A stretch of DNA of 64,000 nt, taken from NCBI GenBank assembly GCA_964607655.1, contig CAZSKX010000001.1, positions 83,434-147,433 on the forward strand. Direction: 5' to 3'. Below are positions 33,341 through 42,021 of this stretch, piece by piece. The DNA comes from an uncultured Candidatus Saccharibacteria bacterium. GTDB lineage: Bacteria; Patescibacteriota; Minisyncoccia; Phycocordibacterales; Phycocordibacteraceae. Made by a program: the position numbers and the translations under genes. Each line of letters begins with the position of its first letter. The first letter of the stretch is position 1. The notes beneath the pieces were generated by a model, which worked only from the letters and a program-made list of their open reading frames with translations, did not search any database and had not been told where the DNA came from.

Positions 33341-34894
33341 ATGGAACATTACCGTACATGGGGCATACGAGCGATCGTGGTGCTCGTAGTACTCGTAGCG
33401 GCAGTAGGAGTGGCATATCTGATGCCAAAGCAAGAGCGTCCAGAGAAAGAACAGAATCAGAGTTGGGATCGTCCGAGTGCGCTTGAGAAACGGGACTACT
33501 ATAAATTTTTTGTGGTAAAAGCGGGAACACCAGAAACGCGGGTGCGGGAACTTCTAGAACCACACGGGGTTGCCATCCTCGAATCGTATCCAAATACAGA
33601 ATTGCGGATGGGAGAGTATCATACGCTCGAGCTTGCGTCATCTTCAGACGTTTACGCAGTCGATTTTGATTTTAAGAGAGAAGACATATTTCAGGTTCTT
33701 CGCCTTATTGAGCAAGAGGCAGCCGATGTTCGAGGGGAAATTACGTTCGATAAGCACAGCGAAGAATCAGAATCTGCGTCGGTACTAGCGATCGATGGCA
33801 GATACATCCTAGTGAGCAGAGAACACGGGTATGGCCCCACGCTTGCCGAACTTGTATGGCACGATCTGCGTACGGGCGCTCGAAGCTCCTTCGGTGCCGC
33901 TACCGGAAGTCCTACGGTGTATGCGCTCCCGAGGCAGAAACTTTTTTGGGTATATGAGAGTGCGCCGCTCCCTCGGTTTCGTCTGATCGATGCTACGACG
34001 GGGGTCGTGACGAGAGAGTTTGTCCCGCCCATGGGTAATGTGCAAGGCTTTGCCCAGCTCGCTGCGGTGATTACGCCCAATGATGAAAAGATCTTTTTCA
34101 GCCTGCAACATGACGATCTGATAGAACCAGAGAGCTCCGACCTTTTTCAGCTCGATCTTGCGACTCAGGAGACGCGCTTCATGGCGACCTTTCCGGGCGT
34201 GCGTTTTCCGCAATCGCAAGGGCTGCGCGATGGCCGCCTCTATTTGGCGAGTAACGCACCCAAAGGTTGCGCGTACTATCCGTACCTAGGGTATGTCGAT
34301 CTCACTGATTTAAGCGTGCATGAGCTTTCAGAAGCAGAGACCACTGCGCTTAGAGAAGCCCCTCCTCGATGGCGTTCGCCAGAAGGTGCTCTCGCCGTAG
34401 TGGGGTACCCGCACATTCCTCCACGTGAAGAACTCGGGATGTGTGGTGGCACCATGATGGGCGAACTAAGGATTGAAAAGGCTGGCGAGGAGCCGATAGT
34501 TGTTGAGAGAGCCACCGCAGCATATGACTTGTTCGGTATCTCGTGGAGTGCCGACAGTGGCTCTTTCTACTACATGCGAGGATATGGAGATGCCGAAGAA
34601 GAGGGCGCAGAGTGGCGACGAGAGTGCGTGCGCTACGTAGTGAAGCTGGGTGTGCGAGAGGCGCAGACGTCGCTCGATCTTTGCCAACAGCTCGCTACGG
34701 AGAACGTACCAACCCGGTATGCTGCGCATGTTGCCAGCATTGAGACGCAGTGGCGTGGCTACTGGGATAACACAGGTGCAGTGCTACAAAGGATTTTCGG
34801 CACGAGGATTATTTTTCAGGGAGAAGTCATTGAGGAGTCGGTCTCTCCGCGAGCAATCACTTTCCATTTCCCAATGGCGTTGCCCGAAGCATAA
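33341..34894 (+). CDS. Hypothetical membrane-anchored protein (517 aa), bracketed by a degenerate duplicate of the mltG 3' end.
   Basis: N-terminal TM helix, no recognised domain. Duplicate of mltG's last roughly 70 nt at 34922-34992. Confidence 0.45.
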   Translation: MEHYRTWGIRAIVVLVVLVAAVGVAYLMPKQERPEKEQNQSWDRPSALEKRDYYKFFVVKAGTPETRVRELLEPHGVAILESYPNTELRMGEYHTLELASSSDVYAVDFDFKREDIFQVLRLIEQEAADVRGEITFDKHSEESESASVLAIDGRYILVSREHGYGPTLAELVWHDLRTGARSSFGAATGSPTVYALPRQKLFWVYESAPLPRFRLIDATTGVVTREFVPPMGNVQGFAQLAAVITPNDEKIFFSLQHDDLIEPESSDLFQLDLATQETRFMATFPGVRFPQSQGLRDGRLYLASNAPKGCAYYPYLGYVDLTDLSVHELSEAETTALREAPPRWRSPEGALAVVGYPHIPPREELGMCGGTMMGELRIEKAGEEPIVVERATAAYDLFGISWSADSGSFYYMRGYGDAEEEGAEWRRECVRYVVKLGVREAQTSLDLCQQLATENVPTRYAAHVASIETQWRGYWDNTGAVLQRIFGTRIIFQGEVIEESVSPRAITFHFPMALPEA

Positions 34895-35075
34895 TTTGAT
34901 ACGGTCGGCATACTTACAAGAAAGTCTCACAAGATGGCACGATGCACTACGCCACTACCTACGACGGGCACAAAACAAATCTTCGAAACCATTTACAATA
35001 AGGGCTTCTGGGGGGTAATATTGTCCCTGGGACCGTACGCAGCGGGCGTAGGGCAGCAGATCTTCGGAGCGAGGA

Positions 35076-35543
35076 ATGACAGAGGACAATAAGGAGATAG
35101 TGAAGCGGTTCGTCCACCTGGTGCGCGTGCATGCCTGGGACCACCCGGTGCATCTTTCGAAGAAGGAGAGAGAGCTTTTCAAGAAAGTCGTTGAGGCTTC
35201 CGGTTACGGGGCTCAGGAGGTGGTGGCCCGCGTCGTGGACGTCGAGTGTGTCGGCGCTGACCAAAAGCCCACGGGCGAACGACGGGTGCTGAACATGCTT
35301 TCTAAGCATGCGGTGATCAGCGTCGATGGGGTCACAGCGCACGCGGAGGCAACCGAATGGCTGAACGATCTTGTCGTCTACGTCCGTAACGCACACCTGG
35401 AGATCCGGGAACACGAGCAGCCCGCACTGATTCAGGAAGTGTGTCGACTCATCAACAAGAAACGATACAAGTTTACCCCGGTGCCTGAAGGCACGGCGGT
35501 GGGTACCAGCAAGACGGTGCACAGTCTTCCGTTTACGGTCTAG
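35076..35543 (+). CDS. Hypothetical protein (155 aa).
   Basis: Intact ORF with a hairpin + T5 terminator immediately after the stop (35557-35590). The competing minus-strand ORF is Arg-rich shadow. Confidence 0.4.
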   Translation: MTEDNKEIVKRFVHLVRVHAWDHPVHLSKKERELFKKVVEASGYGAQEVVARVVDVECVGADQKPTGERRVLNMLSKHAVISVDGVTAHAEATEWLNDLVVYVRNAHLEIREHEQPALIQEVCRLINKKRYKFTPVPEGTAVGTSKTVHSLPFTV

Positions 35544-35556
35544 ACCGTGCTGCCTC

Positions 35557-35590
35557 GGGCGAGAACGCATCTGCGCTCTCGCCCTTTTTC
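35557..35590 (+). terminator. Rho-independent terminator.
   Basis: GGGCGAGA...TCTCGCCC followed by TTTTTC. Confidence 0.65.
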
Positions 35591-35619
35591 TATATGAGCC
35601 GGCGTGCTTAGATGGGATC

Positions 35620-36543
35620 ATGGAAGTGAAAGGGAAAGAGGTTTTTGTCGGGCTCTCAGGCGGAGTGGACTCCGCTGTTTCGGCGGCGCTTCTTAAGGAG
35701 CAGGGAGCGGCGGTCATCGGGGTGTTTATTAAGGGGTGGTACCCACCGGGTATGCCCTGCACCTGGGCGGCAGATCGTCGCGATGCGATGCGGGTAGCTG
35801 CTCGGCTACAGATCCCATTCCGCACGCTCGACGCGAGCGCTGAATATAAAAAAGCGGTTATCGACTACCTGCTTGAGGAATATCGTGCGGGACGTACTCC
35901 AAATCCCGACATCATGTGTAATAAGGAAGTGAAGTTCGGTGCGTTTTATCGTTATGCCATCAAAGAGGGTGCGGACGCGATCGCAACCGGACACTATCTC
36001 CAGGGAGAAAAAGACCAGAGATACTTTCTCTGGGCGGTGCCTAGAGAGGCGCTCGAGCGGACCATCTTTCCAGTGGGGCAGATGGAGAAGGGCGAGGTGC
36101 GACGACTCGCCAAGAAATATCGACTGCCGGTAGCAGAGAAGAAGGACAGTCAGGGTGTTTGCTTCCTTGGATCGATATCGGTTAAAGAATTTCTCGAACA
36201 CGAACTACGTACCGATAACCCAGCGGTCCTTCACACGCTCGGAGAAAAGGTGAACGGTCAGTATGTGATCGCTAAGAATATAGAAAAGCGAGAAATAACC
36301 CTCGCGCCGACGCTCGAGATCACGATACGGGAGATTCGCTTTACCAAAGCTAATTGGCAGCGAGACGCAGACGAGGCGGTTGAGGCGCAGACGCGCTATC
36401 GGGGCCCACGCCTCTCAGGACGGATCGACCGAGATCGCTTCGTTGCCGACGAAGCGCTTCCTGAGCTAGCTGCGCCGGGACAGTCGATCGCCTTCTATAA
36501 TTGTCGCGGGGAACTCGTTGGGGGTGGTATCATTATTGGATGA
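35620..36543 (+). CDS. mnmA: tRNA-specific 2-thiouridylase MnmA.
   Basis: PP-loop VGLSGGVDSAV. MnmA catalytic Cys region (NPDIMCNKEVKFG) and C-terminal barrel domain. Confidence 0.85.
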   Translation: MEVKGKEVFVGLSGGVDSAVSAALLKEQGAAVIGVFIKGWYPPGMPCTWAADRRDAMRVAARLQIPFRTLDASAEYKKAVIDYLLEEYRAGRTPNPDIMCNKEVKFGAFYRYAIKEGADAIATGHYLQGEKDQRYFLWAVPREALERTIFPVGQMEKGEVRRLAKKYRLPVAEKKDSQGVCFLGSISVKEFLEHELRTDNPAVLHTLGEKVNGQYVIAKNIEKREITLAPTLEITIREIRFTKANWQRDADEAVEAQTRYRGPRLSGRIDRDRFVADEALPELAAPGQSIAFYNCRGELVGGGIIIG

Positions 36544-36944
36544 ATCATAAGCGTTTGTACCTCGCCGCGGCGATTATCGCGGGCGTTCTGGTGATCGGTT
36601 TCATACTTTCTGTGCCTCGGGTGCGCGATGGCGAGGTGCCTAAGGAGACGGTAGAAAGTACGATCCTGCCACCCGTTGCTCTCCGCGACACCTACAAAAA
36701 AGGTACCCACACGATCACGGGCACAGTGACTGCGCCGAACGCCTGTGCCACGCTCGAGGCGACCGCTACGACTACCGGCGATCCCGTCAGCGCGATCGTT
36801 ATCGAGCTCACTCTTAGAGAAGAAGGAGGGATTTGTCTGCAGGCGTCTACGCCACTCAAGTTCTCTACGACCGTTACTGCACCCGAAGGATTGCCGGTCA
36901 GCGCGATGGTGAACGGCGTTGTCGCGACAACGACCGCGCTATGA
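36540..36944 (+). CDS. Hypothetical secreted/membrane-anchored protein.
   Basis: Signal/anchor MNHKRLYLAAAIIAGVLVIGFILS. Thr-rich. Confidence 0.4.
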   Translation: MNHKRLYLAAAIIAGVLVIGFILSVPRVRDGEVPKETVESTILPPVALRDTYKKGTHTITGTVTAPNACATLEATATTTGDPVSAIVIELTLREEGGICLQASTPLKFSTTVTAPEGLPVSAMVNGVVATTTAL

Positions 36945-37810
36945 CAAGCCTCCCGACGATTATTAAGGCCGATGGAACGCGCGAGGTCTTTGATCCGATG
37001 CGTTTAGTCGGGTCACTCGCGCGTGCGGGCGCGCCCGAGCACGTCGCCGAGAGGATTGCCGAGACGGTGACGAAGACGATCGCGCCTGGCTCGACATCGC
37101 GTGAGATCTACACCCGAGCGTTTACAATGCTTCGGCACGAGGCGCGACCGGTCGCCGCTCGTTATGCGCTGCGTCGCGCACTCTTCGAACTCGGGCCGAC
37201 GGGGCACCCCTTTGAGGATTTGGTCGCTCACCTCTACCGCGCTCTCGGCTGGAGCGTAGAGACGCGAAAGATTATCAAAGGTCACTGCGTGTCTCACGAG
37301 GTCGACTTCTACGCCACCAGTCCAGATGGTAAGGAGCATATTGCCGCTGAGCTTAAGTACCATAACGATCCTGGGTACAAGACTGACTTGAAGGTGGCGC
37401 TTTATGTAAAAAGCCGGTTTGACGACATATTTGATTGTGATCCGACGGTGCGCGCCTGCCCGATTGATCGCGGGCTTCTCGTAACGAACACCAAGTTTAC
37501 GACCGAGGCGATCGCATACTCCGAATGCGCGGGAGTAGAGCTTCTTGGGTGGGGGTATCCGCTCGGCAATAGTCTTTTTATGCAAATGAGCAAGGCGAAC
37601 ATTTATCCGATCACCACGCTCACGGGTCTCTCACGCTCAGAGAAACGCCTTCTTATCGATCAAGGAACGATTGCGGTCGACCAGCTCTTGAAGGATCGCC
37701 GGACGCTCACGCCGCTTCATCTGCCGCCCGAGCGGGTAGGGGAGCTCTTGGCCGAGGCAGACGGGCTCCTCTCGCTCCCGCACGCGCTGGAAGATCCAGT
37801 AACTGAGTAA
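36941..37810 (+). CDS. ATP-cone domain fused to an Mrr-like (restriction endonuclease-fold) catalytic domain and a C-terminal HhH-like tail.
   Basis: ATP-cone IIKADGTREVFDPMRLVGSLARAGAPEHVAERIAETV. Mrr_cat-like ALGWSVETRKIIKGHCVSHEVDFYATSPDGKEHIAAELKYH. ATGA overlap with the upstream gene. Confidence 0.6.
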   Translation: MTSLPTIIKADGTREVFDPMRLVGSLARAGAPEHVAERIAETVTKTIAPGSTSREIYTRAFTMLRHEARPVAARYALRRALFELGPTGHPFEDLVAHLYRALGWSVETRKIIKGHCVSHEVDFYATSPDGKEHIAAELKYHNDPGYKTDLKVALYVKSRFDDIFDCDPTVRACPIDRGLLVTNTKFTTEAIAYSECAGVELLGWGYPLGNSLFMQMSKANIYPITTLTGLSRSEKRLLIDQGTIAVDQLLKDRRTLTPLHLPPERVGELLAEADGLLSLPHALEDPVTE

Positions 37811-37811
37811 T

Positions 37812-38597
37812 ATGGCACGTACTAGCAAACTTTTTGATCCTGCGTCGACCGAGCCCTTCACGCTCAGTCGCTCGAAGCTCGATCTCTTCTGCGAGTGTCC
37901 GCGCTGTGCGTATCTCGACCTTCGCCTTGGCGTGAAGCGTGTGTCGGGACCCTCATTCACGCTCAACAACGCGGTCGACGAACTCTTCAAACGTGAATTC
38001 GACGCGCATCGTACCGAGAAAACTCCGCACCCACTGATGAAGGCGTACGGGCTCGACGCAGTCCCCTTCGACGACGAGCGCATGGAGGAGTGGCGCGATG
38101 CGCTCCGCCGCGGCATCAAGGTTCATCATCAGCCAACGAATCTAATCTTGCGCGGAGGTATCGACGATGTTTGGGTCACGCCCACAGGCGAGTTGATCAT
38201 CGTCGACTACAAGGCGACAAGCAAGAAGGTGGGGCCGAGTACCGAGGACGATCTGTACGACGCATACAAACGCCAGCTTGAAATTTATCAATGGCTCTTC
38301 CGCGGTAACGGCTTCACGGTCTCGCCGACGGGCTATTTTGTATATGCGAACGGACTGTCTGATAAAAAAGCTTTTGACGGCAAGCTCGAGTTCGATGTCG
38401 TGCTCGTCCCCTACACGGGCAGCGACGCGTGGGTCGAAGGGAAGCTGATAGCTCTCAAAGAGATGCTCGTGAGCGACGAGATCCCTCCAGTAGGCACCGC
38501 CTTTGGTGGTGGCCCCTGCGACTTTTGCAGCTACCGCGAGGCGGCGGGGAAGGCTCTTAAAGAAGCTCATGCAAAGCAGAAGAGCAACGGGAAGTAA
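37812..38597 (+). CDS. Cas4/RecB-like PD-(D/E)XK nuclease with Fe-S cluster cysteines.
   Basis: N-terminal CECPRCAY and C-terminal GGPCDFCSY cysteines; IIVDYKATSKK (D-x-K) and QLEIYQWLF (QxxxY) motifs. Confidence 0.6.
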   Translation: MARTSKLFDPASTEPFTLSRSKLDLFCECPRCAYLDLRLGVKRVSGPSFTLNNAVDELFKREFDAHRTEKTPHPLMKAYGLDAVPFDDERMEEWRDALRRGIKVHHQPTNLILRGGIDDVWVTPTGELIIVDYKATSKKVGPSTEDDLYDAYKRQLEIYQWLFRGNGFTVSPTGYFVYANGLSDKKAFDGKLEFDVVLVPYTGSDAWVEGKLIALKEMLVSDEIPPVGTAFGGGPCDFCSYREAAGKALKEAHAKQKSNGK

Positions 38598-38847
38598 CTT
38601 TGCGGAGCGTGTGCGTGAGGCGGTGCGCCAGATCCCAAAAGGAGAGACGCGCAGCTACGCAGAGGTGGCAGCGGCAGTGGGGCACCTGGGTGCCGCGCGA
38701 GCAGTAGGCACAATCATGAAAAATAATTACGATCCGACCGTGCCATGTCATCGCGTTGTCCGTAGTGACGGCACCATCGGTGCTTACAACCGCGGCGGCC
38801 CTTCTAAAAAACGCGCGCTCCTTAAGGCTGAGGGGGCGATGGTGTGA
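38569..38847 (+). CDS. ogt: Methylated-DNA-protein-cysteine methyltransferase (Ogt/MGMT) DNA-binding/active-site domain protein, small form.
   Basis: Active-site motif PCHRVV with flanking YAEVA...GHLGAARAVG...NRGGPSKK. Confidence 0.6.
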   Translation: MQSRRATGSNFAERVREAVRQIPKGETRSYAEVAAAVGHLGAARAVGTIMKNNYDPTVPCHRVVRSDGTIGAYNRGGPSKKRALLKAEGAMV

Positions 38848-39518
38848 GTATGGAAGTGAAGATTGAACAGAGCTGGAAGGAGCGCCTGAAAGGGGAGTTT
38901 GAGCAGGAGTATTTTAAAGAACTCACCGAGTTTGTTAAGAACGAATACAAAGAGGGGGCAGTATACCCAGCGCCGAAGAGTATTTTTAGAGCCTTTGATC
39001 TATGCTCATTTGATCAGGTGAAGGTGGTGATCCTCGGGCAGGACCCGTACCACGGGGCAGGGCAGGCGAACGGCCTCTGCTTCGCTGTGAACGACGGCGT
39101 GGCGCTCCCGCCCTCGCTGCAGAATATTTTCAAAGAGATCGAGAGTGACCTCGGCAAGCCGCTCATGCACCGTTCCGGGGATCTCACTCGGTGGGCCGAG
39201 CAGGGCGTGTTGCTCTTGAATGCGACGCTCACAGTCCGCGCCAGCACCGCGGGCTCGCATCAGAATCACGGCTGGGAGCAGTTTACCGACGCGGTCATCA
39301 AGGCGCTCGCTGAGGAGCGTGAGAATCTGGTTTTTATACTCTGGGGGAATTACGCGAAAGCGAAGGGCGCACACATCGATCGTTCCAAACACCTCGTGCT
39401 CGAGTCGGCGCACCCGTCCCCGTTCTCGGCCTACAGGGGCTTCTTCGGCTCGAAGCCGTTTAGCAAGACGAACGAGTATCTGGCCGCGTGCGGTGAGACA
39501 CCGATCAATTGGTTGTAG
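38844..39518 (+). CDS. ung: Uracil-DNA glycosylase, family 1.
   Basis: VVILGQDPYHGAGQANGLCFAV water-activating loop, HPSPFSA (HPSPLS-like) motif. Confidence 0.85.
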   Translation: MSMEVKIEQSWKERLKGEFEQEYFKELTEFVKNEYKEGAVYPAPKSIFRAFDLCSFDQVKVVILGQDPYHGAGQANGLCFAVNDGVALPPSLQNIFKEIESDLGKPLMHRSGDLTRWAEQGVLLLNATLTVRASTAGSHQNHGWEQFTDAVIKALAEERENLVFILWGNYAKAKGAHIDRSKHLVLESAHPSPFSAYRGFFGSKPFSKTNEYLAACGETPINWL

Positions 39519-39603
39519 CGCTTGACACCAGTCCTTCGATATGCTACGGTAATCAGCGGCAAGATCCACAAATCACCAGCCTAGAGCTGGCCAAAGGAGC
39601 ACC

Positions 39604-40011
39604 ATGCACGGATCGGATTTGCAACTGATACCCATTTCTTCGCGTGGGCGCGCCGCGCTCAAGCACACCAAGAAGCATGACAGGCGTCGGCTCGAGGAAG
39701 AAGAGGTCAACGACTTCGACCCTGGGTTCGATTTTCCGGGCGAGCGTTTCTACGTCGCTCGGAGCGAGATGGACAAGGACTTCGATCTCCTCGACAACTT
39801 CGGCCAGAGGCGCTACGTCAGCCTGTTCGATCTCGATGACGAGGAAGAAGACCTCGGTCCGTACGATCGTCGTGGCCAGCTCGTCGGCGATCCCGACCCC
39901 GGCATGGACTGGTGGTTCTCAAGCGAGAACGACTGGCCCGATGACGAGGACGACTTCGGCTACGAGCTCGGCCGTCGCGACGAAAGGTTCATCGAGTCGG
40001 CTGCGGACTGA
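39604..40011 (+). CDS. Acidic hypothetical protein (135 aa).
   Basis: Intact ORF; Asp/Glu-rich. Hairpin GGCGGGGGCCG...CGGCCCCCGCC downstream (40018-40047). Confidence 0.35.
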   Translation: MHGSDLQLIPISSRGRAALKHTKKHDRRRLEEEEVNDFDPGFDFPGERFYVARSEMDKDFDLLDNFGQRRYVSLFDLDDEEEDLGPYDRRGQLVGDPDPGMDWWFSSENDWPDDEDDFGYELGRRDERFIESAAD

Positions 40012-40095
40012 ACCGTTCGGGCGGGGGCCGTTACAGCGGCCCCCGCCAAGAACAAATCTCTTCGATACAGTGGTATCTGAAGGGATTTTTTAATT

Positions 40096-40671
40096 TTGTA
40101 TACTAGGCACATGAACCATACGCCACAGATCAAGAAGGCGATACAGTTTGCCGCGCGTAAGCACCACGGCCAGATGCGTCGGGAGACTGAACCCTTGCCG
40201 TACATCACGCACCCGTTTTCAGTAGCGATCTTGGTGGCTGAAGATGGTGCTGAGGATGATGTGGTCACCGCTGCGCTCCTGCACGACGTGATCGAAGATA
40301 CGGGTACGACACGAGAAGAGATCGTTGAAGCTTTTAATGAGCATGTCGCGGCACTCGTTCAAGCAGTCACCGAGCCTAAAGACCTCGAATGGCGAGAGCG
40401 TAAAGAGGCGTATTTTAAAAATCTCCAGACCGCGCCCGTAGAAGCGTTGCTCGTCATGGCCGCGGACAAGATCGACAATATTGAGAGTAAGATCGAGGCG
40501 TATGAGAAGGAGGGGGAGGGTCTGTTTGCGCGCTGGCAGCGGCCAAAAAGTGACTATCTCTGGTATCACGGCGAGGCGCTCCGGCTGGCCGAAGAACGCA
40601 TTCCTGAGCATTCGCTCACCAAGCGTCTTGCCGAAGCACACGAGCGGGAGAAGCAGATTTTTGGCAGCTAG
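40096..40671 (+). CDS. HD-domain phosphohydrolase (RelA/SpoT-like HD_4; putative (p)ppGpp hydrolase).
   Basis: H...HD metal-binding motifs: KHHGQMRRETEPLPYITHP ... LLHDVIEDT. Leaderless-looking start after TGTATACT. Confidence 0.65.
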   Translation: MYTRHMNHTPQIKKAIQFAARKHHGQMRRETEPLPYITHPFSVAILVAEDGAEDDVVTAALLHDVIEDTGTTREEIVEAFNEHVAALVQAVTEPKDLEWRERKEAYFKNLQTAPVEALLVMAADKIDNIESKIEAYEKEGEGLFARWQRPKSDYLWYHGEALRLAEERIPEHSLTKRLAEAHEREKQIFGS

Positions 40672-40695
40672 ACCTGCATTTGTTAGAGTGGGTGG

Positions 40696-42021
40696 ATGGC
40701 GAAAGCAAAAGCTCCTATGAAGTCAGTCAAGCGTATGAAGCTCCCGGGTGTGACCTTCGTCCGTGAGCAGGGCGGTATCAGCGAGTACACGCTCGACAAA
40801 AACGGCCTTCGCATACTCCTCGCGCCAGATACGACTGTGCCGGTAGCGGGAGTGATGGTGACCTATCATGTCGGCTCGCGCGATGAGGCGACAGGGTACA
40901 CGGGCGCGACCCATATCCTCGAGCATCTCCTGTTTAAGGGTTCAAAGAAGTTCAACAGCAAGAGGGGAAATGGTGTATCAGAGCTCCTTGAGGTTAAGGG
41001 CGCCCTCTTAAACGCCACGACCTGGGTTGATCGTACTAATTATTATGAGGTGGTGCCCAAGGAGACGCTCTCTTCAGCGCTCGCACTCGAGGCTGACCGC
41101 ATGCGCCACGCGTTTATCAGAGAAGAAGATCGGCAATCTGAAATGACGGTGGTGCGGAACGAGATGGAAATGCACGAAAACACCGCATTTGAAGCCGTTG
41201 ATACGCAGCTATGGGCGTTGGCATTCCTCGCGCATCCGTATCACCACTCGACCATCGGATGGCGGAGCGATGTTGAGAACGTGCCGATCGAGCGACTACA
41301 GAAGTTTTATAACGACTTTTATCATCCCGATAACGCCACACTCACGGTGGTGGGGGACTTCGACGCGCAGCAGGTACTCGCGCAGGTAGCCAAGGAGTTT
41401 GGCGCGCATCCGCGACCGCGAACCCCGCGTCCGGTCATGTACACGCAAGAGCCTAAGCAAGAGGGAGAGCGTCGTGCGACGATCAAGCGGGCCGACACTA
41501 ACAACCGAGTCGGCATCGCACACAAGGTCCCCTCTGCTCAGGATCCCGACCAGCACGCCCTGCTCATGCTCTCGCTGGTTCTTGGCGATGGTAAGACCAG
41601 TCGACTCTATCGCGCACTTGTAGATACGGCAAAAGCGACGGACGTGTCAGTGATGAACTATCAGCTAAAGGATCCTTCACTACTGACCTGTCACGTCACC
41701 CCTACGCCGGCCACGACACACGCTGAGATTGAATCGGTGGTCAAGCAGGAGTATCGCAATATCGCCGAGAAGGGCATTACCGTTAAAGAGCTCGCTCACG
41801 CAAGGCAATCGATTCGTAGTTATGTGGCCTCGCGTCGTGACGGCCCGTATGCCTTGCTCAGCAATCTAAACGAGGAGATCGCGGTTGGGGACTGGACTCG
41901 TTTTGTGACGGTGCCCGAGGCGCTCGCTAAGGTAACCCCTAGGGATATCCAGCGTGTCGCTAAGAAGTACTTAGTCGACGAACAGAGCGTGGTGGTCTAT
42001 TACATCGGTACTGCAGTATGA
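40696..42021 (+). CDS. M16-family zinc peptidase (pitrilysin/insulinase-like), catalytic subunit.
   Basis: Inverted zinc motif HILEHLLFKG (HxxEH) and downstream E. Confidence 0.8.
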   Translation: MAKAKAPMKSVKRMKLPGVTFVREQGGISEYTLDKNGLRILLAPDTTVPVAGVMVTYHVGSRDEATGYTGATHILEHLLFKGSKKFNSKRGNGVSELLEVKGALLNATTWVDRTNYYEVVPKETLSSALALEADRMRHAFIREEDRQSEMTVVRNEMEMHENTAFEAVDTQLWALAFLAHPYHHSTIGWRSDVENVPIERLQKFYNDFYHPDNATLTVVGDFDAQQVLAQVAKEFGAHPRPRTPRPVMYTQEPKQEGERRATIKRADTNNRVGIAHKVPSAQDPDQHALLMLSLVLGDGKTSRLYRALVDTAKATDVSVMNYQLKDPSLLTCHVTPTPATTHAEIESVVKQEYRNIAEKGITVKELAHARQSIRSYVASRRDGPYALLSNLNEEIAVGDWTRFVTVPEALAKVTPRDIQRVAKKYLVDEQSVVVYYIGTAV

